Source: a virus
Lineage: Duplodnaviria; Caudoviricetes
Direction: 5' to 3' (one strand)
IMG/VR virus record: IMGVR_UViG_3300024520_004699
Span: 1,275-65,274 of that record
DNA length: 64,000 nucleotides
In this document: positions 16,903-27,200 of the stretch, in pieces
Layout of the letters: each line of letters starts with the position of its first letter
Numbering within the stretch: position 1 is the first letter of the stretch
The notes under the pieces: generated by a model
The model's input: only the letters and a program-made list of their open reading frames with translations
What the model was told of the DNA's origin: nothing
Databases searched by the model: none
Program-made: the position numbers and the translations under genes

Positions 16903-17136
16903 ATGAAACGTCGAAGTTTTTTGAAAGCGATGGTCGCGGTTCCCGTCGTGGGGGTCTTGGCCACCTGCAAGCGAGACTACTTCCCGTTTGGCAGAAGCTC
17001 TGAGCCGGAGACAAAAAATTCAGCGAGCCTGTCGGGAGACTTTGGTCTGGCTCCTGTTAAACGCGAAGGCGGTACAATTATACATAAGGACGTCCCTGTA
17101 GAGCTGTGGGAATCGACCCCGAAGTGGTTCGCCTAG
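16903..17136 (+). CDS. hypothetical protein with a twin-arginine-like N-terminus
   Basis: MKRRSFLKAMVAVPVVG; AGGAGG SD. Confidence 0.55.
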   Translation: MKRRSFLKAMVAVPVVGVLATCKRDYFPFGRSSEPETKNSASLSGDFGLAPVKREGGTIIHKDVPVELWESTPKWFA

Positions 17137-17519
17137 CATGGCCGAGATCCGTGCCTGCGCCCGGTTCAGTGTGAAGAAGTGAGGAGTCGTTATGCGACGA
17201 AGGTTTTGGAGATTTCTTGAGCGTGCATTTCTCGTTATGGCCGACAGGTGCCACGACGCCTCTATTGAGTGCTGGAAGCGTGGGTGGCTAAACCCTGTAA
17301 TGAATGTAGCCAGAAAATAGGGAGCCTTTGTGAAGTACGGATGGCCGGGAAAGAAGCGCACTTATCACACAGGCCGCAAGCGGTGCCGGTATCTGAAGGA
17401 CATGCGCGCGGAGTTCTCGACGTACAATGAGGTGACTGAAGTTGAGCCAAGGAAGATGGGCAAGCCGAAGCGTAAACGTAATCCGAGAGGCTATCGAGAT
17501 CACAGAGGAAGGCTGATCC

Positions 17520-18098
17520 ATGTATGACTGGGAGCGCAAGTTCAATCACGAAAACGAAGAGAGGGAGCGTCTCTATCTCATCAAAGAGACGAGCCGTGGT
17601 TACTATGTAAAAAAGTATGATCACCCGAATGAGAGGCTTACTTATCTGAGTAAGAAAGAGGCTTTCAAAGAATGGGGTTCATCTTCCCGCTCAGATAAGA
17701 ACTATCACGAGTTTTGGGTGAAGCGCGATGTTGTGAAAACCAAGATTGATAGCATCATGCATCCTGATTATAGTGATGGCGGTCGAACATTGATAGGTTT
17801 GTTCGGGGCACTAAGAAAAAAGGCAGAGTGTAAGCGACGAAAATGCCGGTGGCATCAATATGGTCGAGAGTCCTATTGCGGTTTTGGAGAGGATGCGAAT
17901 TGGGGCTGCGAAACGTGTAACAAGGACTTCGTTGTCTGTATGGATTACTACAGTCCTGCTTACGACAATTCTGGCAAGGTTGTTAGCGATGTCCGGTGGG
18001 GCAAAATCGCAACGCTCAAGGCATATCGTGACAAGCACCGCCAGTACCGATCTGGCCTTGGAGGCTGTACCGACACGCCCCTGAGTGTGGGGCGATAA
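17520..18098 (+). CDS. hypothetical protein
   Basis: 192-aa ORF with Cys clusters; lower GC. Confidence 0.5.
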   Translation: MYDWERKFNHENEERERLYLIKETSRGYYVKKYDHPNERLTYLSKKEAFKEWGSSSRSDKNYHEFWVKRDVVKTKIDSIMHPDYSDGGRTLIGLFGALRKKAECKRRKCRWHQYGRESYCGFGEDANWGCETCNKDFVVCMDYYSPAYDNSGKVVSDVRWGKIATLKAYRDKHRQYRSGLGGCTDTPLSVGR

Positions 18099-18112
18099 AA
18101 AAAGGAGACGTT

Positions 18113-18304
18113 TTGATGACTGGACGTTTAACGATAGTGAAAATTGCGGACGAGCATTATGGTTGGGAATTTACAACCGACAAGGGAGAAGTGCTGGTCA
18201 ATGTTGACGGCTATGCTGATGTGGACACGCTCAAGAAAGACCTGAAGCGTGTGCAAAAACATCTGCCCAACGCCGAAATACCGGAGTTGGTTGTGCCATC
18301 ATAA
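18113..18304 (+). CDS. small protein, YegP/DUF1508-like
   Basis: YGWEFTTDKGEVL..GY pattern; AAGGAG SD. Confidence 0.45.
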   Translation: MMTGRLTIVKIADEHYGWEFTTDKGEVLVNVDGYADVDTLKKDLKRVQKHLPNAEIPELVVPS

Positions 18305-18317
18305 AGGGTAAGAAGAA

Positions 18318-19043
18318 ATGACAGCATTGCTCAGAGAGCGCGTCGAATTTACACGCGATGAGGTGCGCTTCATGGAGAAGTCATACCTAACCGAGCCTTG
18401 GTCGAAGATCTTGGACAGGCTCTCGGGCCATACTGTCAATTCGATACGGGGCAAAGCGAGCGCACTCAACCTGCGTCGGAGGAAGACTGACAAAAAATCC
18501 CAGCACACCATCGTCGAAGAGTTGAGGATAGAGCGCGAGAGATCCTGCTATAGTCGCCGGGCGCTCGCTGAGAAAATGGGATACAGCGAGACCTCATTAT
18601 TTCGCTGGGAGACCGGGCGTCGTTCCCCTACAATGCAGCAGATCAAAGACTGGTGTGATTCCCTAAGTGTCACACTCACATTCACGCACAGGGAAAATGC
18701 AATGACCGACAGACGGATAGTGACAGCCGTTGAGCTGGCCACGAAAAAGATCAAGGTGCTCGACGAAAAAGCGGAAGGCGAGCCTGAGGTCTCCAACGTA
18801 AATGCAGGAGGAATAGATGGGAGATGGCAATCGGAAGCTCTGTATTTGAATGAAGATCAGGCCATCCTTGCGTATGAAAACACTCTCAGGGACTTCCTAA
18901 AGCACAAAAAAGCATCTACCATTCGCTTTACCAAGGGGCCAGTGATTGACCGCTGGCACATTACAGTCGCCGACTCGGCAATGACACATCGGGCCGCCGA
19001 ACAAAGATTCACCGTCACCTCCACCATTGAGATTTACGACTGA
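18318..19043 (+). CDS. XRE-family HTH domain protein
   Basis: SRRALAEKMGYSETSLFRWETGRRSP. Confidence 0.7.
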   Translation: MTALLRERVEFTRDEVRFMEKSYLTEPWSKILDRLSGHTVNSIRGKASALNLRRRKTDKKSQHTIVEELRIERERSCYSRRALAEKMGYSETSLFRWETGRRSPTMQQIKDWCDSLSVTLTFTHRENAMTDRRIVTAVELATKKIKVLDEKAEGEPEVSNVNAGGIDGRWQSEALYLNEDQAILAYENTLRDFLKHKKASTIRFTKGPVIDRWHITVADSAMTHRAAEQRFTVTSTIEIYD

Positions 19044-19103
19044 GCTTCCGGATTGCTTGTTGTGTTGTGCCATAGGTTTTAATCCTCATGGGAGGATGCT
19101 GTC

Positions 19104-21296
19104 ATGGCATTGGACGACGCACGGTCTGGTTATCTTGTAGAGGGTGAGGAGACGCCTCCGCTCATCAACGGGCCCATCGAGGGCAATGAGTATGAGGAAG
19201 AAGGCGAGGGCGAGGAAGATCTCCATCAGAAGCTGATCAGGTGGATCAGCACTCCCAACATTGCCGAAGAGATAGACGACGACACCATCAACCAGATTGG
19301 TGCTCGCGTCATCGAAGAGCTTACACTCGACAAAGTCAGCCGACAGGACTGGTTGGAGAAATCCGAGAAGGCGATGCTTCTCGCCACTCAGGTTGCCATG
19401 TCCAAAACCTACCCATGGCCTGACGCTTCCAATGTAATTTATCCCCTCATGACTGTGGCGGCTGTTCAATTCTCAGCCCGGGCATATCCCTCCATCATTT
19501 CTGGTCGGCAGGTCGTCAAGGGCGTGGTCCATGGCAAGGACAACGGAGAACCCCTGATTGGTGAGGATGGATCTCCCATCATGCAGATGACGCCGGAGGG
19601 TCAGCCTCTCCCAGTCTGGAAAGTGCAGCCGGGCGAAAAAAGAGCACAAGCCGACAAGATCGGCGACCACATGAGCTATCAGCTTCTCGAAGAGCAGGAG
19701 ACTTGGGAGGAGCAGGTCGACAAGATGCTCATCATTCTCCCAATCGTCGGGAGCTGCTTCAAGAAGTCGTACTTCGACACGACCGAGGGATACAACTGCT
19801 CGGATCTGGTCTTGGCCGAGAACCTCGTGATCAACTACGACGCTCCGTCAATGGAGCGGGCACCGAGGCTCAGCGAACTGATCAAACTCTATCCCAGCGA
19901 GATCCTAGAGATGGAAGCGGCTGGTCTGTTCCTTGAAAAAGAGAACGGATATGGAGTGCCGTCTGACGGGAAGGGCGACAAGGATGCTCCTCATGTATTT
20001 GTAGAGCAGCACAGGCGCTGGGATCTGGATGGAGACGGATACCCTGAGCCGATCATCGTCACCGTGCACGAGGAGAGCCGGAAGGTCGTTCGCATCGTCG
20101 CACGCTATGATGGGGATGGCGTCAAGATTAACAAAGAGACCGGAGAGATCTCCAAGATCATTCCTGTCCACTATTACACCAAGTTTGAGTTCATGCCTTC
20201 GCCGGATGGCGGGATCTACGGCATGGGCTTCGGCCAGCTGCTGAGCCCGATCAACAACGCAATCAACACCGCTCTCAACATGATGATCGATGCCGGTCAT
20301 CTGAAAAATTCGAGCACCGGCTTCATCGGTCGAGGTCTGTCTCTGAGATCTGGATCCATCAGGTTCAAGCCGTTCGAGTATCAGGTGGTGAACACTCCCG
20401 GCAGGGCCTTGAAGGATGCCATCGTTCCATTGCCATTCAGTGGGCCGGATCCAATCCTATTCGAGCTGCTGGGTCTCCTCATTCAGTCCGGCGAGAAGGT
20501 TGCATCGATCTCGGACGTGATGACGGGCGAGGCGGCCAATCTTGCCAACATGGCACCGACAACGCTGATGGCTCTCATCGATCAGGGGCTGAAGGTGTTC
20601 ACGGGCATCTACAAGCGCGTCCATCGCTCGCTCAAGTGCGAGTACGACAAGCTCTACCGTCTCAATTACCTCTACATGGAGGAGACATCTACCTATCGCC
20701 ACGGCGAAGAGTGGAAAGAAATAACACGAGAAGACTACCGCAAGGGGGCAGGAATTGCCCCTGTGTCGGATCCGTCAATGGTCTCCAGCATGCAGAAGCT
20801 GGCCAAGGCCCAGTTCATGCTCAGCTTCAAGGATGATCCATACATGAACCCGATTGAGATCCGTCGTCGGGCATTCCAGTCGACCGAGATCGAGGATCTG
20901 GATCAGCTGATACTTGATAAGCCTCCGCCCAATCCACAGGCTCAGAAGCTGGCGTCAGATGCCGAGATGGAAGCAGTCGAGATGCAGATCAAGGCCGAGG
21001 ATTCCCGCATCGGGCGCATCAAGGACATCAGCACGGCAGTGCTCAATCTGGCCAAGGCCGACAAGGAGAATGGTTCAGCTGAGCTGGACTGGACAATCGG
21101 CCAGCTGGATCTGCTCAAAAGGCGCATGGAGACAGAGAACGGCCAGCCGTCAGAGCAGGCCCAGCAGCAGGGTATCGAGCAGCGCGGTCGAGCTGGTGGT
21201 GGTGAGCCTCCAATCGAGGGGGCCCGGCAGGCTGAGGACGGCAACTGGTACATCGATGACCCGAACCGTCAGGGCAAATACTTGATGGTGGCATGA
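19104..21296 (+). CDS. portal protein
   Basis: 730 aa; KTYPWPDASNV, GSCFKKSYFD, YGMGFGQLL, NMMIDAG motifs of podovirus portals; coiled C-terminus. Confidence 0.85.
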   Translation: MALDDARSGYLVEGEETPPLINGPIEGNEYEEEGEGEEDLHQKLIRWISTPNIAEEIDDDTINQIGARVIEELTLDKVSRQDWLEKSEKAMLLATQVAMSKTYPWPDASNVIYPLMTVAAVQFSARAYPSIISGRQVVKGVVHGKDNGEPLIGEDGSPIMQMTPEGQPLPVWKVQPGEKRAQADKIGDHMSYQLLEEQETWEEQVDKMLIILPIVGSCFKKSYFDTTEGYNCSDLVLAENLVINYDAPSMERAPRLSELIKLYPSEILEMEAAGLFLEKENGYGVPSDGKGDKDAPHVFVEQHRRWDLDGDGYPEPIIVTVHEESRKVVRIVARYDGDGVKINKETGEISKIIPVHYYTKFEFMPSPDGGIYGMGFGQLLSPINNAINTALNMMIDAGHLKNSSTGFIGRGLSLRSGSIRFKPFEYQVVNTPGRALKDAIVPLPFSGPDPILFELLGLLIQSGEKVASISDVMTGEAANLANMAPTTLMALIDQGLKVFTGIYKRVHRSLKCEYDKLYRLNYLYMEETSTYRHGEEWKEITREDYRKGAGIAPVSDPSMVSSMQKLAKAQFMLSFKDDPYMNPIEIRRRAFQSTEIEDLDQLILDKPPPNPQAQKLASDAEMEAVEMQIKAEDSRIGRIKDISTAVLNLAKADKENGSAELDWTIGQLDLLKRRMETENGQPSEQAQQQGIEQRGRAGGGEPPIEGARQAEDGNWYIDDPNRQGKYLMVA

Positions 21297-21297
21297 C

Positions 21298-24200
21298 ATG
21301 GCTGGTCCAAGTATATTTGACAGCCCTCTCGGTCAGTCTTTCACCAAGGTCACGGATTTTTTCAGCGGCAAGGAGAAGAAGCCTGCCGACGTCTCCTATA
21401 TTCCGACAGATCGCACCCCTAAATTTGCTGAGGAAGAGCAACTCACTCACACGATAGATGACCTCGACCGGCATTGGGTTGGGGAGAACGGACCATTCCC
21501 CAACAGAGAAGCTGCAGCCGCTTGGGATCAGGAGAGGCGAGAAGCAGCCCGCGCTCACATGCCTTCTCCGGCAGCGACAACTGAAGAGCAGGCGGAGCGT
21601 GACAAGTGGTCAACATATGATACTGGAACGCCCCACGCCGAGCCTCCCAACGTCATAGGCAGAACGTCTTATGGCAGGGCCATAGTCAAAAACGAAGATG
21701 GGTCTCTCTCCACCAAGAGAACGAGCACATTCCAGTTTCCAGATGGCAAATGGTACAACGCGCCGACCATGGACGAAGGAGGCAACCCGCTGACCGATGA
21801 GCAGGCCTACCACAGCGTCACGTCCTACCGTGAAGAAGAGGGATCTGGAAGCGTCGAGATATTCGGGAGCGATCTGTACCGTGATCCGGTTACCGATCAG
21901 ACGCTAAGTGGTTATGGCACGCGAGAAGAGGCAGAAGCTGCCGCTCAAGAGGAGAGCGACAGGGCAATGGAGAATGTTCCATATCACCTCCGGCCTCCCC
22001 AGTTGGTGGAAGTGGAGCATGACCCATTCAGTGCTGAGAATGATCCGCTGGGAGAGAGGGCCGAAGCCGAGGCCGAGCCTCTGGGCCGAAACAATATCCG
22101 CGTGACTCCGGGCAAGGCCCTGCGCCGCATCAACCAGCATCTCATGGATATGATGGAGAGAGGGGTGACGGCACCGGGAGAGGCATACAGCGGTGAGCTT
22201 CAGGTTATTGGTCCGGACGGTCATGTGACCGATGAAGCCATTGCCCGCTCTATAGAGATGACCCTCGCATCCATAGGCGGCGGCGCAGCTGCAAACGCAA
22301 TCATAAAAGCAGCTGGTCGAGACATCGCCAGAGGAAGACTGTCCTTCGCCGGTCGGGGAATTAGAGACCAGATCAAAGTCAAAAGGAGAATGCGTCAACA
22401 TGAGGGTCTGCTGGCGGCAGACGAACCTAGCGCTGGCAGGGCTTTAATACCGCTTGCGGAGCAGGCCGGAGAGCGTATAGTCCAGCCTCGGACGGGAGCC
22501 ATAGGAGGCGTTGATGAAGGTACTCAAGTTCTCGGACTTCAAGAATCGGAGGGAGTGGCTGGAGGCAGTGGGGGAACTGGGCTTCAGCGACCGGCAGGGT
22601 ATGGAAGAGAGCATCCGGCAGGCAGTCTCGAACAAGGAGATACAGGAGCCGCTGTACGCCCACCTGCCGAAGTGGGCGCTCGCAGCCCTGACCTAGAGCC
22701 GACAGCAGCGCAGAAGGCCTACGACGACAGCGCTGGCTTCTTCTCCGGCATCACCACAGGCGAACTCCAGTCCCAGATCCCACAGATCTCAGGCTATGAG
22801 CCCGTGATCCCCCTGCGACCGCAGGAGAAAGCGTTCGAGGGTGCGCGCGGTGAGTTCAAGCATTACTTCGAGGATCACATCGCGGCGTCCATTCCCGGCC
22901 ATCCTGAAGTGCAGGCTTCGGTTGGCTCCGCCATCGTCAGGGCATATGGGAAGACTGGTGCTGATGTGCTCGACATTGGGGCGAGCGAGGGGGCACTCAA
23001 CAAGGCAATCACCAAAGCCAGCGGCGGCAAGATCCGCACGGTCGCGCTGGATCCAAATCTTGACTTTAAAGTCACGTTTGAGAGCAAGCCGCAGGCCGAA
23101 GGAGCCACGTTCGTCGCCGAAGCCTTTGGCACGCCAGAGCAGGCAGGAAAGTTTGCCTTCAATCACGAAACGACGCCGATCAACTACTTCGACCCGAAGG
23201 GCCAGAAGTTCGACGTTGTCCACGAGTCGATGACCTTCCAGTTCATAGACGCTGAACGCCTCAGCAAGTTCGAGGCCGCCAAGGATCTGCTGAAGGATGA
23301 TGGCGTCGCCCTGTTCGAGCAGAAGGTCAAGGCCGATGGCACTGACGCATGGGCCACGAATGAAGAGGCCAAGAACCAGTTCAAGCGTCGACTGTTCACC
23401 GAGCAGCAGCTTTCAGACAAGCAGGAGATAGCTCTCGTCGGCATGAACGAGAAGATGGTGCCGAAGCTGGAGCTGGAGCAGGCGCTGAAGGACACGTTCA
23501 AGCACGTCCGTCAATACTGGGATAGCGGCAACTTCAAGGGCTACATCGCTTCTGAATCCGAGGCGGCCATCAAGAATTTCCTGAACGGAATGCAGGACAC
23601 GTCATCGAGCTTCTCGAATGTCGGCTATGGCTTCAAGCTGTCAGCCAATCCGAAGGAGGCCGCGCCTCTTCTTGCTGCCCTGACGCGAGACGTTGATGCA
23701 ATGGGCTTTGTGTCCCCCACTCTGGAGGCGGCGAAGAGGCTTCCGGCGAAGGGCACAGCCCAGCAGATGCTGAAGCAGCTGGAGAACAAGCTGGGCGGCA
23801 AGCCGAAGGAGATCGAGGCGACCGGGCTGCCAATATGGATTGAGAGACGCTCAAGGGGGCTGTTGAGAAAAAGTGACTACGATCAAAGGTATAAGCTGAA
23901 TGTATCAGAACTCATCGCCGCCACTAGGAAGCTAGACCCCGCGTCGGATCTGTTTAAGCGTGTGCTTGAGGCCAACAAAAAATATCAGGACTTCATAACT
24001 TCCAGTTTGTTGGTAGATATGGAGCAGTTGGATTCCTCGATCATTGACACGTTCGCAGATCTTCTCGGTCGAGACATCTTCCAAACTCCTCAAGTTAAGA
24101 AGGGCATGGTCACGCGAGATGAGGTTGTCCAGTATCTGAGAGACAATCGCGTCGCCGTATCCGAGGTGGCGCTTGGAAAATTCGAGGACGTAGGAGATCT

Positions 24201-27200
24201 TGACGAGATAATTATAGATGCTCGATTCCACGCTATCCAAGAATCTGAGCAAAAATTTTTTGTTGATGAAGCGCAGGACGTAGAGGGCAATGAGACCGGA
24301 GAATGGGTTCTTTCGAGTGAGTCGTCTGGAGAAGAAATAGGTCGATATAGCAGTGAAGATGATGCCTATGCAGCCTTAACCGAAGCTGCCGAAGAACTAG
24401 CTGAGGGCTACGACCATCTTCCCGGCAAGCCAGAAACTGTGTTCTCCGGATACCAGCAACCTCACGCCGGAGGCGAGTACACCGAGCGCCTGTTCCACAT
24501 GCCCGGACACCCCGGCAAGTTCGAGGGTCACCACTGGCAAGATGAGGGAGTCCCGCTGCCCATCTTCGCCCACCAGAGGGTGTCCTATTATCAGAGGCCT
24601 ACGCTAGAATCCCCGGAAGCGACTGCAAGCAGGGAGGCTATGGTATCTGCTATGCAGGCAGACAGGAGAAAATTGCATGATGACATCATAAATTTTAGAC
24701 AAGAAACCGTTGCTAATTCTTCCCAGAACGACCCCATAATTCAGGCAAAGCATCGCAGCATGGAAGAGGCTCACGGTCAGCTTGGCTATAAGATTAGGGA
24801 CACTCAGAATGAATTTTTTGAAGACATCTACTTCGTCGGCGAGTACCAGAGCGATCTGGCTGATGCCATTCGTGAGGGGGGAGGTCTGACCGATGCGACG
24901 GCCAGAAGGAACGCGCAGGAAGAGCTGGTGGTGTACGAAAAAGAACTCGCCGCAATGAGGGTTGAGGCAAACCAAATATTGAAGAGCGTCATTGAGAAGG
25001 GCGATATGCCCATGCCAGATGCCGCCAATGATGATCTTGGCCAATATTTTAGGGAACACGAATCAATTGCTCTCTCATCCATGGCAAATGTGGCTAACCA
25101 AGTACGCAACATACCCACCAGAGGAAGAGCGAGGGAGCTGGCTGAGAGGGACTCCCTAGTGACACTGAGGATGCAAGAAATAGAAAACAAACTCAGGAGA
25201 TCAGAGAATCTCTCCCATCCCTTCGCCAACACCACGACCGACTACGTCGACTTCCTCATCAGGGCAACTCTGACTGATGCAGCGCGTCTCGGCATGGACA
25301 GGATCGTCTGGACGACGCCGGAGGACATCACTCTGGCCTCCCATGGTCAGCTGGAAGGCAATCGCGAGTTCTACGGCAAGATCGTTAGGAACCGCATCCA
25401 GAAACAGCTTAAGAGGCTGGGCCCGCTCGCCGTGCTGGAGAGGACAGCCGCTCCGCACGACGCGCCTGTTTTTCGCGATACTGCATACACAGAAGCGGAG
25501 GTGGATCAGGCTTATGAGGATTCCGCAAGGCTTAGAGAGCTTATCCTTCATACCGATAGAAGAATACAGACGCTTGTGAGCCGGGCACATGCAGAGGGGT
25601 ATTCCCCTCCAGCTCCCGGGATAGAAAGCTATGCTTATCTGGAGATGTCCAAACGCATGGCAAAACCAGATGCGATTGGCGTTTCGGAATCACTCAAAAG
25701 CGAAATAACAAAGGAGCATGCCACGCGGGATGATTTTAATCAGGCATATATGAAAGCCCAAGAAATTCTTGATGTATCCCTTGAAGACAAGAAGGGAAAA
25801 TTAGTCCGCGCTGACCCAGAAGTTGGTGAGGTGGAAGTCAAAAAAGATCCCACGGGACACGGCTTCAGGCTTCACAGCAAGAAGACAGGCAGTGTGATGC
25901 CCGGGCGCTTTGGCACATCAACTGAAGCCTTCGAGGAAGCGGATAGGATGAGTCTTCCCTTCAAGAGAAAGGATTATATGTCCATCAAGCTCTCTCCGGA
26001 GCTGCGCAAGCAGATCATGGAGAATGGCATCGACCTGTTTGCCAACAACCCGAGGGCTGCGGCGATGATCATCACCGCGCTAAGGGACGCAGAACAGGCA
26101 GCCCAGAGCGTTGGCTTCCGTCGCTCGGTTGCAGGAGGCATGCGGTCTCCCATCATCGGCACCGGCAGAAAGGGCAAGACCCTCATCAAGGACATCGCCA
26201 AACACTTTGACGCACAGCACATGGAGAAGTATGGGCGCAAGCTGGATCCTATCGGCAACCCTCAGGACATGGACACGATCATCGCCGGAGCTGCGTCGGA
26301 GATCCAGCACCAGCAGTCCCAGCCTGTGACTGGCGAGGGGTGGTATGGCGAGGATGTCGAGGAATCTTTCCGGCAGAGCACTCCGATTGTGCCGAGGCTG
26401 GCCGAGAGCGAACCGTTGCGTGTCCTGTCAACATTCATGACTGCCATCACATCAGGCATCAAAAACCCGGTGGAGAATTGGGAAGCTGGCATGGACATGC
26501 TGGAGGCCTACGAAGAGACCGGAGTGGTGCCGACGAAGAAGGCGAGCGGGAAGAACTGGGGATACAACATCGCGCCTCAGGTGAACATTCTCAATCATCT
26601 GATTGGTACGATGGGAGAGGAGGGGGCGGCCAGATGGTTGCTGTCCCTGCACCCGGTCAAGGAACTCAACGAGGTCCGAATAGCATCAGGCTATAAAAAG
26701 GGATCGAAGGTCGTTGGAAAGATGGATGACCAACTCCTTGGAGGAGAGGCCTTCGGTGCCAAGTATGGTCCGTTTGGGCTCGGCATGAATGGGTTCGAGA
26801 ATACCGTGAGCGACAGGTGGCACACGAGATCCTACAACCGTCATATTGGACGGCTTTCGGATGTTCCAAAGGGATACAAATCTCCAGCTACAGATATGCC
26901 GCGCAACTCCACCGAACGTGCCGCAATGAAAGCTTGGAACATGGGGGCGGCTGACGAGGCGGGTATCAGCGAGCTGGATGGTCAGGCGGTCCTGTGGTAC
27001 TATGAGCAACAGCTTTACACCGATGCAGGAGTTCCCAGTGAGCCACAAAAGTTCTCAGAAGGCGCAGCGAAAGCCCTCCAAAAAAGAGGGTTTGCAGCGC
27101 AACCGCGAGATGTTCGCCCGAGCGATGAAGGTCAAGCTGGACAACAACGCCAAGGCGCTGGCAGCACGCTCTTCTCAAACCCAGACGAAGCAGCCGGTCT

